Positions 35,797-48,600 of a stretch of 64,000 nucleotides of DNA are shown here, in pieces. The first letter of the stretch is position 1, and each line of letters starts with the position of its first letter. The position numbers were made by a program, and so were the translations under genes. The stretch comes from Antedon mediterranea (taxonomy: Eukaryota > Animalia > Echinodermata). Where the stretch lies: positions 15,376,001 to 15,440,000 of the forward strand of contig NC_092671.1 in assembly GCF_964355755.1 (NCBI RefSeq), written 5' to 3'. The notes under the pieces are model-generated. The model searched no databases. It was given only the letters and a program-made list of their open reading frames with translations, and had not been told where the DNA came from.

Positions 35797-36660
35797 AACA
35801 AAATGGTGGCATATACACGGTCGTAACTCCAGGAAAATGAAATTCAAACAAATCATTCCTAGCCATTTACCTTTTATCGAAATTGTTTGATTTCAAGTTT
35901 TTAAACTAGATTAACACATTAGATCTGACTGTACAAGGGTAAGAAAAACTTAATAATACTAAAACTACTAAAAAGTTAAATGTAATTTTATAGGCCTAGG
36001 CTAGCCTAGCTAGTACTAAGTAGGCCTAGGCCTATTATTAGTAGGCTAGGCTAGTACTAGTAGGCCAGGCATCATCATGATCATGATGGGTGTAACGGAC
36101 AATATGGCGTTTGACTGATTAAGAAGATGAATAGGCCTGCTATCGCAAGCAAGTAGGGTAGGCCTAGCTCCTACTAAAATTTGGCCTAGCCCTAGCCGAC
36201 AATTAGTCCTAGGACTAATTGTCGACTGTGTCGTGCCTGTGTCTAGTAGGCCTAGGCCTAAATGTAATTAATAATAATATTGGAAACCTAGGCTAGGCCT
36301 CTAGCTAACTAGCCTAGGTCCCTATTAAGTATTATTAATATAGCCTAGGCTAGTTAGGCTATAGCCTAGGGCTAGGCCTAGCCTAATAATAAAATATCAG
36401 AAACAAGAAGAAAGGAAGGTTGACCGTTATCATGATTCATGTTTATTTTGGCAAACATAAATAGACTGCTCAATCACCATTCCATGGCAAATAAAAATAC
36501 TACATTTGTTTTGACAATCACAGTCAACGATGTCGAAAAAAATAAATTATTATTATCTAATTAATATAATTATTATCTCCTAGCTAGCAATTATTTATAG
36601 AAATTTATATAATAATTCATGTATTGTGGTTGATGTGTTTCCTAATTTCAGAAATTGGCA

Positions 36661-39600
36661 ATGTCAAAAAGTGTGAATGGAACCAACAATGGACCAATTA
36701 CCAGTCCCAGGAACAGCAATCACAACTTTGGTCTTTCAGGATTAGACCCAGAAAAACTAAAGAACCGACTTTACTCGTATGCACCTCAGCAGGCGCCTGT
36801 CAATAAAAATGCTCTTACATTTAAACGTGTCACACCAGCACAACGTGTGTCAAAGTCGTTACCAACAGCTCCAAGACTTGAACCATTGGTATTGATCAAA
36901 ATAATTCAATCATTTAATTTCGATTTCTGCCTATATTTGCAAATTTGTTTTAATAAAATAATATGTAGTAATAGAAATGTATGATTGCATGTAGTACATA
37001 ATTAATTAAGTGGAAAGATTTTTTTATGTTTAAAGTAATAATTGTAAACTGTTTAAATTCTCAAGCCTGTGTTAGGAAGGTTCCAAGAATCAAATAAACC
37101 TGAGAACATCAGACAGAAGGCAGCAGAGGCAAATGCACTTATTCAAGCACAAAAGTCTTTAGAAGAACCTAAACAGAAAAGAAGTCGCAAGACTGTAGAT
37201 CCGCTTGAGCGATCACCAAGTGGGTCATCACTACCCGAATTACCAAATGATCTTCGACAAAAACAGGTAAATTTTAATTTGTTTTATTCTTCACATTCTT
37301 CTTGGCAAAAAATACATCTCCTCAAATGGCTAAATTAAAGTTAAACATAGTTCATAATTTAACATTGTTGAGCACAATTAACCTTATCCAGCAACACGCT
37401 TTCCTAAGTAAGACTTTAAAGAAATTTTTTTATGTCTATTCTACATTCACAAGTACCCTTTTTTATTTACAGGAAGCACTTGATCAGCGTTCTCCAACAC
37501 CACCTCTCATCCCTCGTTCCAAAGATCATGGCCAGGTTCACAGGGGTCACTCCGCCAGTATCCCAATCTCACAGGAAGTTGAAGAGTTAGAAGGTTTGGC
37601 AGATGTCTTACAGATTTTACAGCTCGTTCGTAATAAGCCACGCTTAGGATTTTTGTATCTGACACCAGCTGTACCAAAGTCCTCAATTCAGTATCATCCA
37701 TACAACCTTAAGTAAGTTTTGAGAATTGTATAATATCATGCACTAATAAGAATGCTTTTCTAAGTTGGCACTTAACACTTTGACTGCCAAACACGAAGAT
37801 CTTCGTTTTTGGAAACACAACGCTTGACTGCCAAACACGAAGATCTTCGTTTTTCGCGTTTTTTTTTTCGAAATCCGGTAGATAGGTTAATTATTGGTAT
37901 ATACTATAGATATGGACACTAAATTCGGTCTGGACCGTGAAAATTTTACCTTTCGAAAGTAACTAATCTGGTTACGAACGATTGTCAAAATGGTACCTGT
38001 CGAAATAACATACACCGCGCATCACAGTAGCGCGTACAGCGATGGTTTGGCGCATTGTGTATCGGTCGCGCGCTAGCTATGCCACCGAAGCATTTACAAA
38101 GGTTTATGTGGATTGGCATGTTTGTTTGTTATCTGAATAAAAAATAATGGATGAATTTTCAATAAGAAGTCTTTAATTTTATTATTGTATGTATACCCTA
38201 ATTGTTTTGGTGTTTCACTGTAAGTGGCCGAGTTTCACGCAATAAACTTGTTTAGAAATGGTATGAATATTATCATCAGTTTACTAGCTAGGCTATAGTA
38301 GAACTAGGCTATAGCCTAGGCCTAGTCGTAAAACGGTTCCGGACCAACTTTAGGCCTAGTTAACCAGGCCTGGTGTCTTTACTATGTGGATTTTGGCGAA
38401 ACATTGATGTAAGATTTATGATTTATAAAATGTAATACATTTTTCGATAGTGATAACTTGTTTTTATAGGCCTACCGGTGCCGTGTAAGTAACTTTTTCG
38501 TTGTTTGTTGATCTCACCGGGCAATATTTTCATATTGTGATGTCTTGCACAAAATCGCGAATATCTCGACTTTCTTGCGCGAAAATACGAAAAACTCAAA
38601 AAGTGCGTTACTTTCATTTTACTATTACGATTTACATATTGCGATTTGAAAATCGTTCTTGGTACCATTGTAAAGCTAAAATCTTTATGATTATTTTAGT
38701 CTAAATTACATGTAAATCAGATCACATACATAGTTTCAATCAGCTTTAATAAAAACATCGAATTGGGCTATAAACGCTGGCGGTGGCAGTTTCTAACTGG
38801 AAAAACCTCTGGCAGTCAAATTGTGTTAAAAAATAACATTTGAAAAAAACCTTGGTTTTTAAACTGTGGTACTACTGTATTGGCATATTTATATGTTGAT
38901 CAAATTTTATTTTATTTTCAGAATTGTAACACACAAAAACACAAATCCATCAGATCACTACACAATTAGCAGGAAAGGGGTAACGCATATGCGTAACAGT
39001 GAAGCGGAGTTCACTGAACTTGATCGTTGGGAGCAAGAATATCGTTATTTTATACAGTTGGTGAAAATACCTACTTTTGCTCTGTTCCGCAAATGGAAAG
39101 CCTTTGTCACATGGAAGAAAAATGTCAGATCTCGTAAGATTGCAAATTGTAAGAAACGCCTGCAAGAAAACCTCTTTATCGTAAACCCAGTAAGTATTAG
39201 CCTAATGCAACTTACATTAAAAGAAACACTATGCCAATAGTAACAGACATACTATATTATTAATGGGATGTATTATTGGTCAAAATAAAGTACTTTCTTT
39301 TAGATTTTTTCTTATGCATTTATGCTACTGTACCTTTTATAACTTTTATTTGACATTATTTTAATGAATAGTAAGTTTAAATCATTGTGCTATTCATAAT
39401 TGTTTTAGTATTTTTTCAAGACTATATAATTTAATTCAAATGTATGATTACAAACTTCACCAAGAAAGTTGTTTATTTATTTAAATTGCAATGCCCTATC
39501 AAGCTGACTACCTAGTTCGCTTTCATAGCCTTTGTTAGTTATCTAAATCATTTCCTGTCACATTGTGATTTTAACAATGCAGCAAACATGATTTATTTTA

Positions 39601-42600
39601 GGTTAACAAATATTGTCAAATCAATGAGTTTTATACTTCAATGGTCAAATTATGTAAATAAGACTAAGAGATGCTAAAAGTTGTTATTGTTCCATACAGT
39701 CGTTAAGACCAGCAGTTTTGAATGTGCGTGAGATGTGTTACCGCATTAGTGATATGGGTCTGTGTAAGGTAGAAAAGGGCAGAACATATACATTGCAACA
39801 CTTTACAGCAGCCCAGTTTATACAACTTAATGAGGTATGTATTGCTTGTTCTGTTTTATTAAAACAAACTGAAAACTATTATATAAAACATATTATTTAA
39901 AAATGATGATTTTTTTCTCAAATAGCTATAGTAGTAATACAATTCATTATTTGTAGGTTTCAGGTAGACTGGCTGAGTTCCGTGAACTTGTAAAAGAAGT
40001 TGTCCGAAGTGCATGTCGTACAGCTCTCTTAGAAGCTGGGTTCACACCAGATGATTATTTCTTTGATTGCGAGAGCCCAACAGGAGGTATGGCATGAAGT
40101 AGTAAACACTGTAGTTTTAGTCTGCTTTGATTTAAACTCTCTGATAATTGATAAATTCTATTTTCTGTTTGTTTTAATTGCAGAAGAAGGCTTTCCACCT
40201 GGAACAGCAGCTTCCAGCTACTTGCAAGGAAATTTTGACATGGATCTCTACGGAGATGCCCCAGATAAAATGACCTACACAGAACAGGCAAACAAGAGAA
40301 GCCACTGTCGCAGATTAACATGGTGAATACTGGTTGTGATTATAATTATACACATAAAATTAGCATTCTTCTGACTGCAGGATGGATAAACTGTATCATG
40401 TTTATAATATATTATGGTCCAATTTTAGGATAAGGTAGTGGATAGTCATGAGTTACACTCACTAGAAGGTCCGGATTGCACCCTGGACCTTTGGGATGGG
40501 AAGGCAAGCATGTTAACCACCAGTTCCACTACTTATTATAAACCATTTTTCTTTACTTTAGTTTCATTCGCCTGGCAGATTACCTGATTGTGAACACCAT
40601 GCATGTGCTTGCTGTCAATTCTGTCACCACACTTTTGAACTATCTCAAAGAACAGCTACAGAACACACCAACCTTAGCACAAATCCAAGGCAAAGAAGAT
40701 GTCACTGACAATACAGAAAAAGATGAAGAAAAAGACAATGTAATACAATAGTTTCACTAAAGTAAAATTATCAAATTTAATATGGCAGTATAAAGGCTAT
40801 TTTTGGTTCATAAATCTAAATTCAATCATTTGGTAAATGATAACCAGGGAAGAGTTAAAAACTCTTCCCTGATGATAACATCCTAACCATTCTAACTCTC
40901 AGCCTATTGCTTGTGTTGTTGCATCAGACGTTTATCAAAAACAAAACGTTTTGTCAATCACCAGTATGAAGTTTGTTTCTTTTGTTACAGACAACAGTTC
41001 CACCATCCATGACTGGCACTGGTGCCTTCCAGGAGGAAACCGAACACAACACACAGCAACCTCCTTTGTTTATGACAGAGTTTGTTCTTGAACCTATGCA
41101 GTTAATGTTTGCACCTAACCAGGATGACTACCAAGTTGGAGTTGCTGAGGTCATCAAGCGCTTCCAAGATTGTGTACTTAGTGTTGCCAACCTGGTGCCT
41201 GATGGTTACTTTGATGCTTTCACAAGGTCAGTAAACCCTTAATTAATACGAATATCTCAAGTTGTCTTCTCTTGGCCACTGAAATATGGCTATCTCAACT
41301 CAAATTAAGGTGCGCAAAATTTGTTGAGCAGAAATAAATAATAATGGATCATGCATCAGACCAAAACAAAAATACTTTATTATACAAATATTTAGTTTTA
41401 GGTAGCAATTAGTTTCAAATGTGTCATTCTTGACTTTTTGTAGGCCTATAATTAATGGCAAGTTAGAGGAAAAAACTGCTGGTGAAGGTCCAAGTCTTAT
41501 GGCTATGTTTGAGGATGACAAGCATCTACAAGGAGTCATTCAGAGTATTAGGGTAAGTGTTTTTAGCTATTGTTTTATAAAACATTTTCTCTTGCTGTAG
41601 TATAAACATTGATTATTGCTAATTGTTTATCTGTTTAATATATCTGTCTCTTCAATTCAAAAGGATTGTGTCATGAGAGCCTTTGAAGCTGTCAAATTAT
41701 ATGCAGACACGTTTGAGCCTTTCAGAGAATTTTACCGAGAGAATGAAGGATTAGATATGACTGAAATACAGGAACAAGACCATGGTAAATATAATTGTAC
41801 AATACAGCAGAATCCATTTCTTTGAGACACCCCTATTAAGGGAACATCCTCATGTGAAACAAAATAAATTGCAATACTGTATATGCTTTAACACTACTGC
41901 CAACCCCTATTTAAGTGACACCCATGTTAAGAGGACACCAAGTGTTAGTGAGTATTCCCTTCCTTTATAGATTTTCTACAGTATATGACAATCCGATTAG
42001 TTAGTATATTTAAGGCAGCACCATATTATTCAAAATTCCATATTTGATTTATTCTTTTACAAAGATGTGGAGTTTTTTGGAGAAGCGTTAGAGCGCTACC
42101 ACATGCAGCATTCCAAGGCCGCAGCCATTGAAGTACGGCGTAACATTGGTATGCTACTAGTAGATTCTGAAGACATGAAGAGCAAATTGATTCCATCACC
42201 ACTTCGTTGCTTAGAGGTGTGTACCATTAAGACATTTTACTGACTTGCTTGCTTATCTCCATGCAAGGGTTCGAGGCCAACTCGCTCCTAGTTCTGGTGG
42301 TGGAACAAGTCTTCTCGGATAAGGACTATAAACCGTAGGTCCAGTGTACACAGTTATAACCTGTGTGTACTTTAAAGAACCCAGTTCATTATTCGAAAAA
42401 GAGTAGGGGGTTACCCCGGTGAACTGGTTCACACAATAGCCCCTGTATCAGGGGGATTACCACCTATCTGATAGGACAGTGATTAATTCACTATTGGTAA
42501 TCCTTGGCCACATTGCCTAAAGACATAAAATAAAATAAAATAAAATAAAATAAAAATGCATAAAGGTTGTGATGATGTTTGGTTCACCTGCCAAATAGTC

Positions 42601-45600
42601 TTATGTTAGTTCTCTTTAGTTGGATTTTCTTTCTTTCTTTCATTTATTTGGCATCTCAATAAATAACATTAAAAATACATCAATAATATATAAAATCACC
42701 TTAAATATTAATATACATGTACATCAAAAAAGCAAATAAAAATGGCGGGATTAATGAAGTCTGACGATGCACGGGAAAACACATAAAGTCGTTTAAAGTA
42801 AAACAACTTAATTCCAATGTGGTCCCTAAAAAGATAGCATAAGATCTTTTCAGTTTTTTTTTCCTTTATCAAAGTGCATTTATATTTTAGTATACATACT
42901 GTACATGCATACACCATTTATATTGTGCCATATCAAAAAATGTCAAGGCACATTACAGATATTTAAAACTAAAAGCTAATGTTAAGCAATGTTATGAAAA
43001 AAGTATAATGTGCTATTTAAAATGTAACCACATTGTGATATTTTTTTTTTTTTTTATGACAGGTCATAAATGACATGCTACCAGAATTGGCCAAGAAGTT
43101 AGTGGACAACTCGATTGCCGAGTCCCAAGATGCTCAGTATAAGCTGGAAGTAGTTCCGACAACAACTACTGAATTTGTTGAGAGCTTGATCTTTCTGGAT
43201 GAGATACAGCTTAGAGTAAGCTTCATTTGTATTTACATTATTCTGCAAATATTTCACCTATTAATTCTTTTTTGTTGCTTTAAAACTTGTTATTCACCTG
43301 AGTCATATATTGATAAAAGCACTATAAATGTTTCATAATATTAATTATATAGAAAAACCTCATCATAAGGAAGGGGACACCTTCGGGACTCAACACAATG
43401 TTCCTTAACTAGAGGTTGTCCATAGTGTAAAAAACGTACATTGTTTGTTTCATGGGTAATTGTCCTCTTAATAGTGTATGGAGAGGTTCTACTACAGTAT
43501 ACCATTATTTTTATTACTTATAGATTGATGGTCTTGAATCAGAAGCTCACATCATCAAAGAGATGTATGAACTCATTGACAAGTACGAGGTTCCAACTCC
43601 ACCTGAAGATTTCGCAGTATACCAGACTCTGTCGCCCTCTGTGACAGGAGTTCGTAATGCAATTGACAGAGCAGTCGGAGAACGAGACTCTAACATTGAT
43701 AAATTCTGTACTCATTTGGATAAGGACATTGCAGATTTAAATAGAGACGTAAAGAGTGTTAAACAGGAATCTCAGGTAATTGTGGTAGAGTGTTTGTACT
43801 TCTGTGGCGGTATTCATCATTCACACTTTAGGCTAAAGGAAACACTTACCCTTAAAATTAAACAAATCTCCTATCTAAAGCCCCTTTCTCACAGATGTGC
43901 CTGCAATATACCGGTATTATGCTGGCGTCGTGCCGGTATCGTTACCGGCATATACCCATTCTCATCGGACTATCGTGCCGGAAATATAACCGGTATATAC
44001 CGGCTTTCAGTGAGAAAGGAGTCGGGCATATTCGGCCAATAAAAAGTCCCTGACAAAATAATTATTGAGGGCGTCCTTTATTGTTTTTATTTTTGTCTAG
44101 CGATATATGGCGGCGAATTTTAAGTTACAGATTATTATCTTCCTTTATAGCATATTTATGCAATACATGCTATGTACAGTATATTGTGCATATATTATAC
44201 AGGTACAGCAATTAATTAGCCGTCATCTGCAATCTGTAAAACACCTTAGAAGGCTGTACAATTTACAAGGCGACGCAAGGTCAGGCACCAACAAAGAGCT
44301 ATGGCCTAGGCCTATAGATTATGCTACAAATTTCTTCTTGTCCCCTTATTTTAAGCAGCTCTCTTATCTCATTATCACTCCAGTTCGACATTATTATTGT
44401 TAATTGAATCGGCGCCAAAGTGATACACTTGACTGCGCAAAGTGTCAAAGCCTCGACGGGGAATTAAATATAACCCCGGAATATAACGGCGTTACGTTCT
44501 CACAGAATGCCCGTCTGCCGGGGAATATTCCTAGAATATTACTAGGTCTAAAGCAGGTCATGTCGATGCCGGCATGATGCCAAGACGACCTATTCTCACA
44601 GAAAACCATACCGGCATGGTAATGGTATATTCCCGCAATATTCCTGGCACACAGCTCTGTGAGAAAGGGGCTTAAGTGAATACAATTTAAGGGAAATACT
44701 TAAATATTTTTTAATTAAGTGAAATACTTAATATTTGAGGGAAATAATTTTATTAAGTGTGATTGGCGAATAAGGCCACTGGTGTACAGTAAATTACAAG
44801 GATCGGGGATTTTCAATACTGCCAGACACTAAGATTTTTACTCGGGGTACCCGAGTCTAGGACTTACTCATTTTCTCCTTCTCCTCCTCCATCTGGACAC
44901 TATTGAGTTAAAAAAGCGATTTGTAAAGTACTACTCCTCCCTTATTCGTTGTAGTATGGAGCTGGGATTTGGCATGAATATACTACAGGGACATGTCCTC
45001 AAAGCTATAGAGCCATATTTTTTAATTTCAAACCGGATGCAGCCATATCACGTCTAAAAAATGGACCGTATAGCCGTATTTGGTAGCGAGGTTGATGTGT
45101 ATGTGACGTCACATCCCGTCTTATGACGTCATTACAGCTTCTTTTGCTGTACCCCGAGTATTGCACATTCGTGCTTGTTATATGTATAAAACATTTTATT
45201 TATACACATAAAACATGCATTGATGAAGGGCTAGTGTTGCCTGAAAACTCTGCTAACTTTTCTGGCTGTTTTACTTTATTGTTTTGATTTAGCTTTTCGC
45301 TTTTTTTTTAAATCTTTATTGAGATCCAGCCACTGATACTCACAGCATTGTCATTTTTTCAGTATTTTGCCTTTAGATTTTTTAAAAACATATATATGTT
45401 ATTTCAATCCATTGCACAATTGCAAAGTCTTATACAAATTTCTAACCAAAAATAAACTTTAACATTTTTAATCAAATATGATGGTATTTTCATTTCAGAA
45501 TCCATTGATTCTTGACGTAAGTGCAGATGTTGTGAAAGTAACTTCAATACTGAAGAAGTTAGGAAATAAACTAGATGAACTTCAGAAGCATGCCTTCCAA

Positions 45601-48600
45601 TACAAAACGTATCAGAAGAACTTTAAGGTAATAATAATAAGTTGTGGTCATGATGGTGGTGATGATTATGCTGATGTGAGGACAATATTATGGGGATGCT
45701 CTATTAGAGGATGATAGAATAGTATGATGATGGTGATAATAAGGATGATAATGAGATTATGAGAGGACAGTGGTAATCCAGTAGCTGGGAGTAGAACAAA
45801 TGTAATGACTCTGAAAAGATAGCAAAATAGAATTAATTGAACCAAAATAGAACCACAATCAGTTAAAATGTATACAGTATTAAAAAATATGAAAACTTGG
45901 TTTTTGATTCCTATAGGTTGAAGTAACCAAATATGAAGAGCTTGAAGAAACCCATGCTGAACTTAAGCTTAAGCAACTGTTGTGGAATTCATTGGAAAAA
46001 TGGGATGTAATCTCACAAGATTGGACTGAGGTAAATTAATCCATTTACAGAAAAATTCAATGTAAATGCCTAATATTCATCAGTAATTGTTTTTCAAAAG
46101 AACAAATAACAAATATAATTATGTTCTATTTTAATTTTAGGAACCGTTTGATGATATAGACCCAGAGACAATTTCTGGAACTGTACAAAAGTATAGCAAG
46201 TCTGTTTATCAACTGGAAAAGGGGCTTCCACCGAATCAAGTTGTACCCAAGCTTAAATCGAAAGTTGAGGACATGAAAGAAAAGGTACAATTTCAACTAC
46301 TCAAACGGTAACCGTTATAAAGTCATGTATAATAAATATTGACCACACTGTACTACTAATTCTAAAGTTTTCAAAGTGACAGAAATATACCAATCACATA
46401 ATTGTCTTTACAGCTTCCAGTTATAACAAACCTCCGAAACCCAGCTTTGAAGCAAAGACATTGGGATTCCATTGAAAGCATCTTAGACCATAAATTTAGC
46501 TCTGGTGAAGTTCTAAATCTAGGCCTCTTGACTGAGCTTGATGCCTTTCAACATACAGAAGCCATTGAGGAAGTCTCCGGCCAGGCCTCAAGCGAAGCAT
46601 CATTGGAGAGTCTACTTAAAAAGGTAATTCTAGCATAGGATTGCAATGTTAATTTCTAAGGACACTTTTTACATACCTCAAGATCCTTGATTAATAGGCA
46701 CCTTTGGGACCAAAAAATTGTCCCCTAAACAGGATTTTCCATAGTGTTAAAACATATTTATTGCCCCTTGTTCATATCATGGAAAAGTCTTGTCTAATAG
46801 TGTCCCTGAATAGTTGTGCCCAAAATAAGGCTTCTACTGTATTCAAATTTATCTTTATTAGGTTGAAGATGCATGGAAGACAACAGAATTTGTGGTCTTA
46901 TCGCACCGTGACTCTAAAGATGTCTTTATTCTTGGAGGCACTGAAGAAATTCAAGTTCTTTTAGATGATAGCATGGTTAACATCTCAACGATTTCCAGCT
47001 CTAGACATGTTGGACCAATCAAACCTCGAGTTGAGGAATGGGTCAAGAACTTGGAACTGTTCAACAAAACTTTAGTAAGAAATTTGTTCAGAAATATGCA
47101 TTTAAAAAAATGAAATACGCACATTAGTTTATAGAATCTATATGAAATATTAATGTGTTTATTAATATTACATTTTTTAAATCTCAAAAATGTAATCTAC
47201 TTTAAACAATTTAAATTTCCAATGTTTGTAAGATGTAGAAAATTTACAATGGAATAAAATAGAAGAAATATAAATTTCATATCTATTTGTAGGAGGAGTG
47301 GTTAAACTGCCAGAGGAATTGGCTTTATCTGGAGAGCATCTTCAGCGCTCCTGACATTCAGCGTCAGCTTCCTGGTGAAGCTAAGATGTTTATGCAGGTA
47401 GACAAGTCTTGGAAAGAGATCATGAGGAAGGCTAACAGACTACCACTGGCAATGCGTGCTGCTACACAACCAGGACTGCTGGAAACTTTCCAGAATAATA
47501 ACTCTCTATTGGACCAAATTCAGAAGTGTCTCGAACAGTATTTGGAATCCAAAAGAGTTATATTTCCAAGGTAGTTAGTAATTAATTTAGGTCAAAATAT
47601 TGACATCTCAATGGTATAGTAAATATATTTCATATGTGTTGCTATTAATGTATACTGTAGCTTTCATAATTCCTTAATTTTGCTTTTCTACAGATTCTAT
47701 TTCTTGTCCAATGATGAATTACTTGAGATACTTTCCCAAACAAGGAATCCACATGCCGTACAACCACATCTGCGCAAATGCTTTGATGCAATTGCTCTGT
47801 TGGAGTTTGGTTCTGCTATACCACAATCAAGTGAAGGAAAGGCATCTCCTTCAGGAGAGAAAGGTTTGTTTTTTGTTATGATTACTATTTTTATGTTCCT
47901 TTTACATAATCATGTAGTTTGTCTTTAGAACATAAAATTTGGCTGCATAACTGTACAGGGACATCAAATGTTATTTTTTATATCCATTTTTACAGAGGCT
48001 GAAGCTGCTAAAACCAGTACAAATGATATTCTTGGCATTATATCACCTGAGAATGAGAAGGTTGGCCTTGGAAAAGGTCTAAAGGCAAGAGGAAATGTAG
48101 AAGATTGGCTTGGCAAGGTTGAAGAAGCTATGGTTACCTCTCTACGTAAGATCACCAAAGCTTCTCTGGCTGACTTCAGCAGTAGACCTCATAAAGAGTG
48201 GCTGACATTGTATCCATCACAGGTTGTATTGACTGTCTCACAGACCATGTGGTGTCGCGATCTCAGTGCAGTACTTGAGGGTGACTTTGATCGCCAGGAA
48301 GCTCTTAAGGAGTTTGAGAAGAGATGTGTCACGGTTGGTATTAAACTCAGATCTTCATCTTTATTTACCTCTTTACCTCAAATTTAAATAGATTGCATTA
48401 CAGTAAACTATTACGACAGATTGAAGTAATTTAATCTGGCTTCTGTTTATTGTATAGTATAGTTGATTGTATGTAGGCCAAAAAAGTATAAATGACATCA
48501 ATTACTTTTTATACTTTTTTGACTTGCATACAATTAGCATCCACTTACATTACAATACAGTACATTTTTTGGTTTGCAGAATTTAAACAATCTAGCAGCT

